A DNA stretch of 32,834 nt from Candidatus Eiseniibacteriota bacterium (GTDB taxonomy: Bacteria; Eisenbacteria; RBG-16-71-46; DASYSL01): assembly GCA_036003365.1 (NCBI GenBank), contig DASYSL010000152.1:1-32834 (forward strand), given 5' to 3'. The translations under genes and the position numbers were made by a program. Positions 23,440-32,834 of the stretch are shown piece after piece; positions within the stretch are counted from its first letter, which is position 1; the number at the start of each line of letters is the position of its first letter. The notes below the pieces were generated by a model. That model saw only the letters and a list, made by a program, of their open reading frames with translations. It was not told the origin of the DNA and searched no databases.

Positions 23440-23916
23440 TCAATGGTGGCGCGAGGCGGAGTCGGCGGGCGCGTGCGCGTCGTAGACGCGATGCCATTCC
23501 GAAATCGCGCCGCCGATCACGCCACCGACAAAACCCCCGATGAAGACTCCGCTCGCGCCGGCGATCACCGGACCGACGTCGTGGCCCGAGGCGGCGGCGG
23601 CGGCGAGCGAGATGCCGCCGACGATCATCCCGATCACCATTCCGTGGTGTCTTGCGGTGCGGCGAAGGTCGATGCGCTGGATGTCGGAGTAGGAGAGCGC
23701 CAAGCGCTCGGACGCGCCTTGCAGGAGCAAGGTATCCGCGCGATTGGTGACGAACCTCCCCTCGGTCGTGCGCTCGAGGGAGTGAACGCGCAGCGCTTGG
23801 CCGGGAAGGATGCGATCGATCGCATCGGCGCGCCGATCGAGGGGCTCGGCGGCCACCGTCGAACAGAGGAGGAAAAGACTCACCGCCACGATCATCGCAA
23901 GAGTTGGTGCTCGCAT
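23440..23916 (-). CDS. secreted protein with a C-terminal glycine-zipper membrane segment
   Basis: ORF 23440..23916. Signal peptide MRAPTLAMIVAVSLFLLCSTVAA. A soluble ~70-aa domain is followed by GMVIGMIVGGISLAAAAASG...GASGVFIGGFVGGVIGGAI, which carries GxxxG repeats. Confidence 0.55.
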   Translation of the reverse strand: MRAPTLAMIVAVSLFLLCSTVAAEPLDRRADAIDRILPGQALRVHSLERTTEGRFVTNRADTLLLQGASERLALSYSDIQRIDLRRTARHHGMVIGMIVGGISLAAAAASGHDVGPVIAGASGVFIGGFVGGVIGGAISEWHRVYDAHAPADSASRHH

Positions 23917-23917
23917 G

Positions 23918-24379
23918 TCAGTCCGTCCCCTCGCTGAGCACGATGGCGATGAACAGGAGAACCGTGCCGGAGAAGAGGAGGGCGGTCACGATTCCCAGGC
24001 CCAGCACGCCGGTCTTGCTGGGGTCATTGGCGCGGTAGAGAAGCGTCGTCACGTCCGAGCGCGCCAAGCGCAGGGTCACCGGCTGTTTGTCCTCCGGATC
24101 TCCCGAGGCCTCGGCCCCGGGCACGGCGGGCTTGCGCCGGCCTCGAAGCTCGAGCGAGTCGCGCCCGGCGCCGACCCAGTGCGCCTTGCCCTGAAAGGCG
24201 TGAAAGACGCCCTCGGGTGAAGAGTAGCCCTCGATGGCGAGTCCCGATGACCCCGCGAGCATCTGCGACTCATAGGAAGGGTCGGGGCTCAAGGGCGCGC
24301 GGCTCAGGGACGAGCACCCGGCGAGAGTCGAGACGAGGAGGATGACTCCCAGATACCGTGTCGTGCGCGGAATCGGCAT
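23918..24379 (-). CDS. lipoprotein with an additional C-terminal TM helix (hypothetical)
   Basis: ORF 23918..24379. Lipobox in VSTLAGCSS. C-terminal hydrophobic helix GVLGLGIVTALLFSGTVLLFIAIVL. First gene of the minus-strand operon; its stop lies 1 nt from the next start. Confidence 0.55.
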   Translation of the reverse strand: MPIPRTTRYLGVILLVSTLAGCSSLSRAPLSPDPSYESQMLAGSSGLAIEGYSSPEGVFHAFQGKAHWVGAGRDSLELRGRRKPAVPGAEASGDPEDKQPVTLRLARSDVTTLLYRANDPSKTGVLGLGIVTALLFSGTVLLFIAIVLSEGTD

Positions 24380-24424
24380 GGGGGTCGGAGCCTAGCAGCC
24401 GGTTCTCTCGCCGGTCCAGGTCGC

Positions 24425-24454
24425 TTGCGACTTTGTATAACAAAGTACTATGCT
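24425..24454 (+). promoter_or_regulatory. candidate creD promoter in an AT-rich island with an embedded palindrome
   Basis: TTGCGA (24425-24430), an 18-nt spacer, then TATGCT (24449-24454). The spacer contains TTTGTATAACAAA (24432-24444), a 5-3-5 palindrome. RBS GGAGGA 24473-24478; ATG 24487. Confidence 0.4.
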
Positions 24455-24486
24455 GTTAGGAGTCATTGCCCTGGAGGACCCCTGAC

Positions 24487-25842
24487 ATGCTGAACGAAAT
24501 GGGCGCCGTGGCGCGCCGCTCGCCGATGATTCGCCTGTTCACCGTGGGTTTTCTCGCCTTGCTGCTCCAGATTCCCGTCATCCTCATCGCGATGCTGGTA
24601 TCGGAGCGGCGCGAGCGCCGCACCGAGGCCGTGAAAGAGGTCTCGCTCAAGTGGGGCGGGACGCAATCGGTGACCGGGCCCGCCCTCGTCGTGCCGTATC
24701 ACGTGCGGGCCAACGAAGTCCCACCCGGTGGCAGCGCGGTTTTCCCCGTAGCCTCGGGCCGAGCCGTGTTCCTCCCCGAGCGCCTCGAGTTGACCGGCAA
24801 GCTGACGCCGGAGATCCGCCACCGCGGCATCTTCTCGATCCCGGTCTATACGCTGAGCCTGGAGACGCGCGGGCGCTTCGCGCCGCCGGATTGGGCCGCG
24901 CTCGGCATCGATCCCGCCGACGCCGATTGGAAAGACGCCTACCTCGCGATCTCGATCGCCGACACCCGGGCCATCCAGAAACTCACCGATCTGCAGTGGG
25001 GCACGGCACGCTCGCCCTTCTTGCCGAGCGCCGGCGAGTTCCACGGCGGCCGGCCTGGCGTGCATGCACCGGTCCCGGGGCCGCCGGGCGCACAGGGCGC
25101 CGATTTCGCTTTCTCGGCCGTGCTCAACGGCACGCAAGGCATCTACTTCGCGCCGTTCGGCAAGCAAACCGAGGTGCGCCTCGAGTCGTCGTGGCCGAGC
25201 CCGAGCTTCCAGGGCAACTGGATTCCAGCGCGCCGCAACATCACGGATCATGGGTTCGTCGCCGAGTGGTCGATCTCCGATCTCGGACGCGACTTCCCCC
25301 AGGCTTGGCGCGATGTCGACGCGTACTCGCGTCAGGCCGACGCCGCGCGCTTCGGTCTCGACCTCATGCAGAGCGTGGATTCTTACCGCATGGCGGAGCG
25401 CAGTGTGAAATACGCGATCCTCTTCCTCCTGCTCACGCTCGGGAGCGTGTGGCTGGCCGAGATCCTCGGGCGCTTGCTCGTGCATCCGATCCAGTACTGC
25501 CTGCTGGGCGCGGCCCTCGTGCTCTTCTACCTGCTCGAGCTCGCGCTTTCGGAGCACCTCGGATTCACGGCGGCGTATGTCATCGCCACCGCCGCCATCG
25601 TGGTCATGGTCGGCTGCTACGGCGCCGTCGTCCTGCACAGCGTCAAGCGCGCGGCCTGGCTCGGGGCGGGCGTCGCAGCGCTCTACGGCTATCTGTACGT
25701 CGTTCTCACCAACGAGGACGACGCGCTTCTGGTGGGGGCGATCGGTCTGTTCGTCCTGCTCGCGGCGGTGATGTACGTCACCCGTCGCGTGGACTGGTTC
25801 CGTATCGAGGGCCCGCGCGGCGAGATGAAGCCGGCGGCCTAG
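24487..25842 (+). CDS. creD: cell-envelope integrity inner-membrane protein CreD
   Basis: ATG 24487 is residue 8 of ORF 24466..25842, with GGAGGA 9 nt upstream. Strong collinear similarity to E. coli CreD as I recall it. Examples: SWPSPSFQGNWIPARRNITDHGFVAEWSIS versus SNWPHPSFLGDFLPAKREISESGFQAHWQSS, and RSVKYAILFLLLTLGSVWLAEILGRLLVHPIQYCLLGAALVLFYLLELALSEHLGFT versus RATKYAILLIALTF...RLHPMQYLLVGLSLVMFYLLLLALSEHIGFT. Confidence 0.88.
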   Translation: MLNEMGAVARRSPMIRLFTVGFLALLLQIPVILIAMLVSERRERRTEAVKEVSLKWGGTQSVTGPALVVPYHVRANEVPPGGSAVFPVASGRAVFLPERLELTGKLTPEIRHRGIFSIPVYTLSLETRGRFAPPDWAALGIDPADADWKDAYLAISIADTRAIQKLTDLQWGTARSPFLPSAGEFHGGRPGVHAPVPGPPGAQGADFAFSAVLNGTQGIYFAPFGKQTEVRLESSWPSPSFQGNWIPARRNITDHGFVAEWSISDLGRDFPQAWRDVDAYSRQADAARFGLDLMQSVDSYRMAERSVKYAILFLLLTLGSVWLAEILGRLLVHPIQYCLLGAALVLFYLLELALSEHLGFTAAYVIATAAIVVMVGCYGAVVLHSVKRAAWLGAGVAALYGYLYVVLTNEDDALLVGAIGLFVLLAAVMYVTRRVDWFRIEGPRGEMKPAA

Positions 25843-25885
25843 CGGGGGCGGCCTAGCGGGGGTAGCGGGGGCGGCCTAGCGGTGG
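25833..25885. repeat. tandem 14-bp repeat (CGGCCTAGCGGGGG x3 plus a partial unit) between the convergent creD and DUF2779 genes
   Basis: Read directly: ggcggcctagcggggg / cggcctagcggggg / tagcggggg / cggcctagcggtgg. The first unit contains the creD stop TAG (25840-25842). There are no unique spacers, so it is not CRISPR. Confidence 0.6.
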
Positions 25886-25904
25886 CCGGGCCGCGATCGC
25901 GAGA

Positions 25905-27428
25905 TCAGCTCGCGGGAGCCGGCGCGAACATCAGGAGCTCGAGCTGGCCGTATTTCACGCCGATGCCGGCCATCTCGCGCAGGCGCTCGATGAGTCGCGC
26001 CAGCCCCTGCGTGTCGAGAGCGCAATACACCCGGAGATTCTCGCGCAGCCGGGCGCGCTCCTCGGCGGTCAACGTCTCAGGCGCGAAGATGAGCGTGTTG
26101 AGGCGCACGCTCGCCAGCTCGCCGTCGGCGATCTCGAGACCGCCGTAGGCGTCCTCCTCCATGAGGGCCGGATACACCGACTTGAGGCCGAAGCTGCCGG
26201 CGAAACGCGGGTGATAGATGTTCTCGCGCACCAGCGGCAGCGCGTCGAAGAGCTTCTTCTCGATGGCGACGAGCTCGTCTTTGTATTCGGGCGCTCCGAG
26301 AGCCAGCATGCGCAGGCAATCGCGCTCGAAGGGCGAGTTGTAAGCCACCACGCTCCTGGCCGAGCGGCAGGCTTCGATCACGCGCCGCGCCATCTCGGGG
26401 CGCGGATCGTCCGCGCCTTCGGTGAGCCACTCGAAATGCTGGGTGGCGTAGCCGTCGCGCACCACGTCGCAGCTAAACTGGACGGGAACACGATCGTAGG
26501 GCCGGCAGCCGCTCCACATGGGAATGGCCGGCGAGATGGTCTCGAAATCCAGATACGCGGTCGGCGACTCGATGCGCTCGAGGGCGGCGCGCAGCGAGGG
26601 TTCGAAGATCGGCCGGCCGCTCTTCACCGAGCGGATCTGGCGCGCCTGAATGGCGGTGAGCGGGAAGTCGGCCGGGATGTCGCGCAACGACGTGACGCCC
26701 GCCGCCTCGAGCTGCGGCACGCGCGAGGATCCGTAGTACAGCGTGCTCACGTGGAATTCGGGCTTGGCCGCCCAGCAGCGACTCATGAATGGGCAAGGGT
26801 GCGGCTTGAGACAATGATCCCCAGGCTTCACCTCGGGGATCGGGCCGGCCACCATGGCGAGCTGCTCGGCGATCTGTCCGGGCAGCCGCGGAATCGCCGC
26901 CTCGACCGGACGCGTGACGTCCTCGCGCGTGAACAGATTGCCGAGCTCGGGATACACGCAGTCGCGATTCAAATGCATGATCTCGACGCGCTCGACGGGA
27001 ATGCCGGCGCTCCGTGCGGCGAACACCTGCACGGCGGCATCGGGGATGTGCTCTTCCTTCACCTTGGTCGACGATTTCACTTCCGTGAGATGAAAGCTCG
27101 CGCCTTTGCGCTCGAGGATGTCGATGGCGGCGTAGACGCCGTCGCCCTGGAACGAGCCTTCGTAGACGACGGGCGCTCCGCCCGCGAGCGCTTTCTGTGT
27201 GGCGTCGATGCGGTCGCGCTTGCGGTCGAAGGGGAGATCGATGAGCGCGCCGCCGGGCACGAACGTGCGCGCCATCTCACCCACCTCGTGCCCTTGATCG
27301 AAGATGAACTGCTGCTTGACGTCCACCGCCAGCTCGGGCGCATCGGGCTCGTGCACCTTCCACCACAGCTGGCGGTGACACTGGAGTCCTGCGAGGAACC
27401 GGGACTTGGACAAGCTCGTGACGGCCAT
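25905..27428 (-). CDS. DUF2779-family protein with a predicted PD-(D/E)xK (RecB/Cas4-like) nuclease fold
   Basis: ATG 27428 is residue 69 of ORF 25905..27632, with GGAGGAGG upstream. MAVTSLSKSRFLAGLQCHRQLWWK is the characteristic DUF2779 start. Cys cluster DHCLKPHPCPFMSRCW. C-terminal YLDFETISPAIP...VQFSCDVV nuclease-like motifs. Family assignment is from memory. Confidence 0.6.
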   Translation of the reverse strand: MAVTSLSKSRFLAGLQCHRQLWWKVHEPDAPELAVDVKQQFIFDQGHEVGEMARTFVPGGALIDLPFDRKRDRIDATQKALAGGAPVVYEGSFQGDGVYAAIDILERKGASFHLTEVKSSTKVKEEHIPDAAVQVFAARSAGIPVERVEIMHLNRDCVYPELGNLFTREDVTRPVEAAIPRLPGQIAEQLAMVAGPIPEVKPGDHCLKPHPCPFMSRCWAAKPEFHVSTLYYGSSRVPQLEAAGVTSLRDIPADFPLTAIQARQIRSVKSGRPIFEPSLRAALERIESPTAYLDFETISPAIPMWSGCRPYDRVPVQFSCDVVRDGYATQHFEWLTEGADDPRPEMARRVIEACRSARSVVAYNSPFERDCLRMLALGAPEYKDELVAIEKKLFDALPLVRENIYHPRFAGSFGLKSVYPALMEEDAYGGLEIADGELASVRLNTLIFAPETLTAEERARLRENLRVYCALDTQGLARLIERLREMAGIGVKYGQLELLMFAPAPAS

Positions 27429-27549
27429 GAAGCCTCCTCCGGGGGCGACCGGATCGATGGCTCCTTTTATAAAGAGGGGGTAGGACACAATTTTCTGACT
27501 GGGCTCCCGGGCGGGGGTCCGTGCGATGATCCGCCCTCTCGGAGGAGCC

Positions 27550-28887
27550 ATGAAAAAAGCGCTGCTTTCCCTGGTTTTGCTCATCCTCTGGCTCGGCCCG
27601 GCCCAGGCCGCCGGCCTGCCGCGAAAGAGCATGCTGGGCCTCGCGGTCGGGCCGGTGCCGGCCGATTCGGCGGGCGATTACGGGCTGACTGGCGATGCCG
27701 GCATGCGGGTGAACGGCACGGTCCCGGGCGGGCCCGCGGACAAGGCCGGATTTCGCGCCGGCGACATCGTTCTGACTGAGAATGGCCAGCCCGCGAAGCT
27801 CACCGGCTTCGTCGATCACGTCGCCCGCACACCGGCCGGAACCACTCTCCACTTCCAGGTGCTGCGAGCCGGCAAGAAGATCACCGTCTCACCGGTTCTC
27901 GCCGAGAAGCCGCGCGATCCGGGCACAGCCGACTACCGCGTGGAGTACGACGATGTGGCGAGCGTGGGCGGACGCGTGCGCACGATCACGAGCCACCCGC
28001 GCTCGGCTGGGCGCCATCCGGCGCTGTTCTTCATCCCGGGGCTCACGCCCGCCTCATGCGACTTCCGGCTCGACAGTGATGCGCTCGACGCCAACACCCT
28101 CTATGAGATGGCGAAGGGCGGCTTCGTCACCTTCCGTGTCGACAAGCCCGGCTCGGGCGACAGCGAAGGCGGCCCGTACGCCAAGCTCGATTTCGACACC
28201 GAGGCCGATGCCTATCGCCAAGGCTTGCGCGCGCTCAAGCGCATGCCCGACGTGGACACGACGCGCATCTTCCTCTTTGGCCACAGCATGGGTGGCTGCT
28301 TCGCGCCGCTCATCGCGAGCGAGAACCCGGTGCGCGGCATCGCGGTGTACGGCACGGTGGGGCGTACCTGGCACGAATACCTATTGGATGTGACGCGTTA
28401 TCAAGGGCTGCTTTCGGGAACGTCGTACGCCGCCGTGGACGACACCGTGCGACTGGTGTCGCGGATGCTCACCATGGTGCTGGACGAGAACCAGTCCCCC
28501 GAGCAAGTGCGCGCCGCGCATCCGGAGCTCGCCGCGCTGGTCGACCAGACGTTCCCCGGTGATCTGTACTTCGGTCGCACGCTCGAGTTCTGGCGGCAGC
28601 TCGAGCGCACCAACTTCGCCGATCTATGGACGCGCAGCGGCGCGCGCGTGCTCGCCGTGCACGGCGCCAGCGATTTCGTGAGCTATGCGCCCGACCATGA
28701 GCTGATCGCCCAGATCATCGAAGCCGCGCACCCGGGATGGGGTCGCTACGTGAGCCTTCCAGCCTCCGACCATTGGTTCAAAGACTGGGCGACGGAAAAA
28801 GACAGCCAGAACAACGTCAACACGGGGAAGACCAATCCCGCGTTCACCAAGCTGCTTCGGGATTGGATGGCGGGGGTGGGAAGCTGA
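27550..28887 (+). CDS. secreted PDZ-domain / alpha/beta-hydrolase fusion protein
   Basis: ATG 27550 is residue 9 of ORF 27526..28887, with GGAGGAGCC upstream. Signal peptide MKKALLSLVLLILWLGPAQA. PDZ-like GLTGDAGMRVNGTVPGGPADKAGFRAGDIVLTENGQP. Hydrolase core with GHSMGG nucleophile elbow and a VHGASD acid region. Confidence 0.8.
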   Translation: MKKALLSLVLLILWLGPAQAAGLPRKSMLGLAVGPVPADSAGDYGLTGDAGMRVNGTVPGGPADKAGFRAGDIVLTENGQPAKLTGFVDHVARTPAGTTLHFQVLRAGKKITVSPVLAEKPRDPGTADYRVEYDDVASVGGRVRTITSHPRSAGRHPALFFIPGLTPASCDFRLDSDALDANTLYEMAKGGFVTFRVDKPGSGDSEGGPYAKLDFDTEADAYRQGLRALKRMPDVDTTRIFLFGHSMGGCFAPLIASENPVRGIAVYGTVGRTWHEYLLDVTRYQGLLSGTSYAAVDDTVRLVSRMLTMVLDENQSPEQVRAAHPELAALVDQTFPGDLYFGRTLEFWRQLERTNFADLWTRSGARVLAVHGASDFVSYAPDHELIAQIIEAAHPGWGRYVSLPASDHWFKDWATEKDSQNNVNTGKTNPAFTKLLRDWMAGVGS

Positions 28888-29272
28888 TCAGCCGAAGCGT
28901 TTTGGGATCGCCTTCGCCGGCGAAGTATTTCTCGAGCACCTGCTCGAAGACCGACCCGGCCGGGGCGACCTGCGCGAACAGCGTGGCGCACGAGCGAAGC
29001 TTCCAGTCGTCCGGCGAGCCGAAGACGTCGTGCGCCGAGTGGCCGGCGACCTCGAGTGCCGCGCGCATGCACTCCTCAAGACGAGGCCCGAGCACAGGAT
29101 GCTCCAGGTAGGCTCGGGCCTCGTCGAGACTCTTGATCGCGTAAGTGCGTGACATCGGGCTCACCCCGAGCCCATCGATCTGCGGAAACACGAACCACAT
29201 CCAGTGCGATTGTTTGCGGCCGGCGCGCACCTCGGCGAGCGCGCGCGCGTAGACCGAAGCCTGCGCGCGCAC
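28844..29272 (-). CDS. DUF1810-family protein (142 aa)
   Basis: ORF 28844..29272. SHWMWFVFPQ is the hallmark motif I associate with DUF1810. Its 3' end overlaps the convergent hydrolase gene by about 44 nt. Confidence 0.7.
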   Translation of the reverse strand: MRAQASVYARALAEVRAGRKQSHWMWFVFPQIDGLGVSPMSRTYAIKSLDEARAYLEHPVLGPRLEECMRAALEVAGHSAHDVFGSPDDWKLRSCATLFAQVAPAGSVFEQVLEKYFAGEGDPKTLRLISFPPPPSNPEAAW

Positions 29273-29307
29273 GAAGCGCTCGAGATTGAAAGGGTCGCCC
29301 GTAGGAG

Positions 29308-31293
<1,986 letters not shown>

Positions 31294-31331
31294 GGGGGGT
31301 CCTCCTTGAAATCGCATACGGCGAAGGCCGA

Positions 31332-32012
31332 TCAGTTGTTGCCCGAGCCCGAGCTGCCGGTCGACGCCGCCGGTGCCGTCTGCGGGTGCGCCTGCACGTA
31401 CTTGTTGACGCTCTTCTCGAGCTCGGCGGCGAGGGCCTGATCCTTGTCCTTGAGCCACGCCAACTCGCCCTGCGCCTTCTCCAGATTTCCGTTCTCGAGA
31501 TAGGCTTCGCCCAGGTACTCGTGCGCGGGCGCGTAATCGGGCTTCAAGCGCAGGCACTCCCAGTAGGCCTGCATCGCCTTCTGGTGGTCACCGGTCTTGC
31601 GCAGGCAGTAGCCCAGCATGTTCCAGGCTTCGTGATACTTGGGATCGAGTTGGGTCGCGGTGAGGAACTTGTCGGCCTGCTTGGACAGCCGCTTCTGCGC
31701 CGATTCCGCCTTCTTCTTCGCCTTGTCCGCCTGCTTGGGATCGTTGCGCGCCGCCAGGGACTCGGCCTCGGCCATCTCGGCCTTCGCCTTGTCGCACTCC
31801 TTATAGGCATCGGCGTAGAGGCCCTCGGCCGTCTTCCGATCGGCGGCCGCCTTCTCCTCCGGCGACATCGGCTGCTCGGCGGGCGCCGACGGCGGCGGCG
31901 TGGACGGCATCGACGGCGGCTCGCCGCCACCGGAAGCGAGGGCGATGGCGGGGGCTGCGAGAATGCCGACGGCGAAAAGGATCGCGGGAATGCGGGGCGT
32001 GGAATGACGCAT
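31332..32012 (-). CDS. secreted TPR-repeat protein (226 aa)
   Basis: ATG 32012 is residue 41 of ORF 31332..32132, with GGAAGGAG upstream. Signal peptide MRHSTPRIPAILFAVGILAAPAIALA. A low-complexity Pro/Ala/Lys-rich linker follows. TPR-like helices: HEAWNMLGYCLRKTGDHQKAMQAYWECLRLKPDYAPAHEYLGEAYLENGNLEKA. Confidence 0.7.
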   Translation of the reverse strand: MRHSTPRIPAILFAVGILAAPAIALASGGGEPPSMPSTPPPSAPAEQPMSPEEKAAADRKTAEGLYADAYKECDKAKAEMAEAESLAARNDPKQADKAKKKAESAQKRLSKQADKFLTATQLDPKYHEAWNMLGYCLRKTGDHQKAMQAYWECLRLKPDYAPAHEYLGEAYLENGNLEKAQGELAWLKDKDQALAAELEKSVNKYVQAHPQTAPAASTGSSGSGNN

Positions 32013-32130
32013 GAAGCCATCTCCTTCCGGAGGGGATGAAGCCGGAACCAACGAGCACGAGCGGCGGGTCGTGCAAACGATACGGCGGTGGGAAGCCAGG
32101 AGCAAGGAGCCTGGTGTACGCTGCCGGACC

Positions 32131-32834
32131 ATGCCCGCGCGTCACGCCCGTTCCGCCCGGCCGAGCGCCGACAAGGTGCAAAGCGCGCTGTTGATGACGC
32201 TGGGCGCGATGGCGTTCCTGCGCGGTGCGGCTGCTCTCTTGCCCGGCCATTGGCTTTGGAGTCTGGATCTCTTCCGCTGGTCTTCGCCATGGACCTGGGG
32301 CTTGTGGCTGGCCTCGGCCCTCGTGCTGCTGCCTGCCGTGGGCGAATGGGTCGACCAGCCCGCAATGGCGCTCGGGGACCGCCTGGAGCACGGGTGGCTG
32401 GCGCCGCTCGTGTGCGCGGGCTTGGCGGCCGGGCTCGTGCTCCTCTTTCCCGACCGTTTGCACTACGTCGGCGACTCGCTGATTCGCGCCGACGCCGTGA
32501 GTGAGGGTTTGCCGGCGCGCGCGCTCACGCCGCAGGCGCTGCCGCTCGACGTCTGGTTCCACTCGACCTTGCCCGCAGCCCTGGCGCACGCCGGTCTCGA
32601 TCCCACGCTCGCCACGCGGCTCCTCGGCGCCGTGGAAGCGGGCACCCTCGCGGCTCTGGCCATCGCCTTCGCGCGCACGCTCGGGCTTTCCGGCGGTGCG
32701 CTGCTTGGCAGTGCCGCTGTCGTCTTCTGGGGCGGATGGCTCGCGCTCGACACCGGATTCGGGAAGGCGTTCGCCGAGCTCGTGCTGGCGGCACTCGCGC
32801 TCGCGAGCCTCGGCATCTCGGTGGTGCGCGGACG
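32131..32834 (+). CDS. integral membrane protein, N-terminal 234 aa (gene continues beyond window end)
   Basis: The plus frame from ATG 32131 is open to the window end in my codon-by-codon translation. It is not in the ORF track because there is no in-window stop. Very GC3-rich. Multiple predicted TM helices (LLMTLGAMAFL, TWGLWLASALVLLPAV, WLAPLVCAGLAALVLLF, AGTLAALAIAFARTLGL, AVVFWGGWLALD). Start is uncertain (ATG 32131 or 32194). Divergent from the TPR gene. Confidence 0.45.
   Translation, partial: MPARHARSARPSADKVQSALLMTLGAMAFLRGAAALLPGHWLWSLDLFRWSSPWTWGLWLASALVLLPAVGEWVDQPAMALGDRLEHGWLAPLVCAGLAAGLVLLFPDRLHYVGDSLIRADAVSEGLPARALTPQALPLDVWFHSTLPAALAHAGLDPTLATRLLGAVEAGTLAALAIAFARTLGLSGGALLGSAAVVFWGGWLALDTGFGKAFAELVLAALALASLGISVVRG

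Noticed and set aside
24651-25856. 401-aa plus-strand ORF in an alternative frame
   Set aside because: It lies inside creD, which shows strong collinear homology to E. coli CreD. Its Arg/Pro-rich translation is non-protein-like.
25833-25885. Possible CRISPR array
   Set aside because: Only about 3.5 directly abutting 14-bp units, with no spacers and no cas genes. It is a simple tandem repeat.

Overview
This 32.8-kb window is very high-GC (about 68-70% by eye) bacterial chromosome, gene-dense on both strands. I found no rRNA, tRNA, CRISPR array, transposase or integrase. I call 36 protein-coding genes. Many long ORFs in the six-frame track are antisense, high-GC artefacts. The track also renders GTG and TTG starts as M, so I re-derived true starts from signal peptides, ribosome-binding sites and stop/start overlaps.

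Content in order:
- (1) 570-10845: an eight-gene plus-strand Cu(I)/Ag(I) resistance operon. It encodes a small Cys-rich protein, a CusC-like outer-membrane factor, a CusB-like membrane-fusion protein with an extra Met-rich N-terminal domain, a CusA heavy-metal RND pump, a periplasmic Cys/His/Met protein, a di-haem cytochrome c, a CopA-type P1B ATPase with a TRASH/YHS plus CPMHPE...CPICGM N-terminus, and a cupredoxin lipoprotein.
- (2) 10945-11844: an AT-richer secreted-protein gene.
- (3) Stress and housekeeping genes: YciI, CBS and DUF3052; an SPFH/ribbon-helix-helix (RHH)/secreted-hydrolase operon with a tandem-repeat promoter; a divergent CGNR/DinB pair.
- (4) An arsenic/sulfur cluster: MBL-rhodanese fusion, DUF1579, and arsR-GNAT-arsM.
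- (5) A six-gene minus-strand envelope-stress-like operon, divergent from creD: lipoprotein, Gly-zipper protein, small transmembrane protein, LiaF-like DUF2154 protein, LytS-type kinase (five-transmembrane sensor) and LytTR regulator. It is the best candidate for an undescribed system here.
- (6) A DUF2779 nuclease-fold protein, two secreted serine hydrolases/peptidases, DUF1810, and a TPR protein.

Several intergenic palindromes and direct repeats are reported as candidate regulatory sites. Hand-counted motif coordinates may be off by 1-2 nt. CDS ends are anchored to the supplied ORF track.
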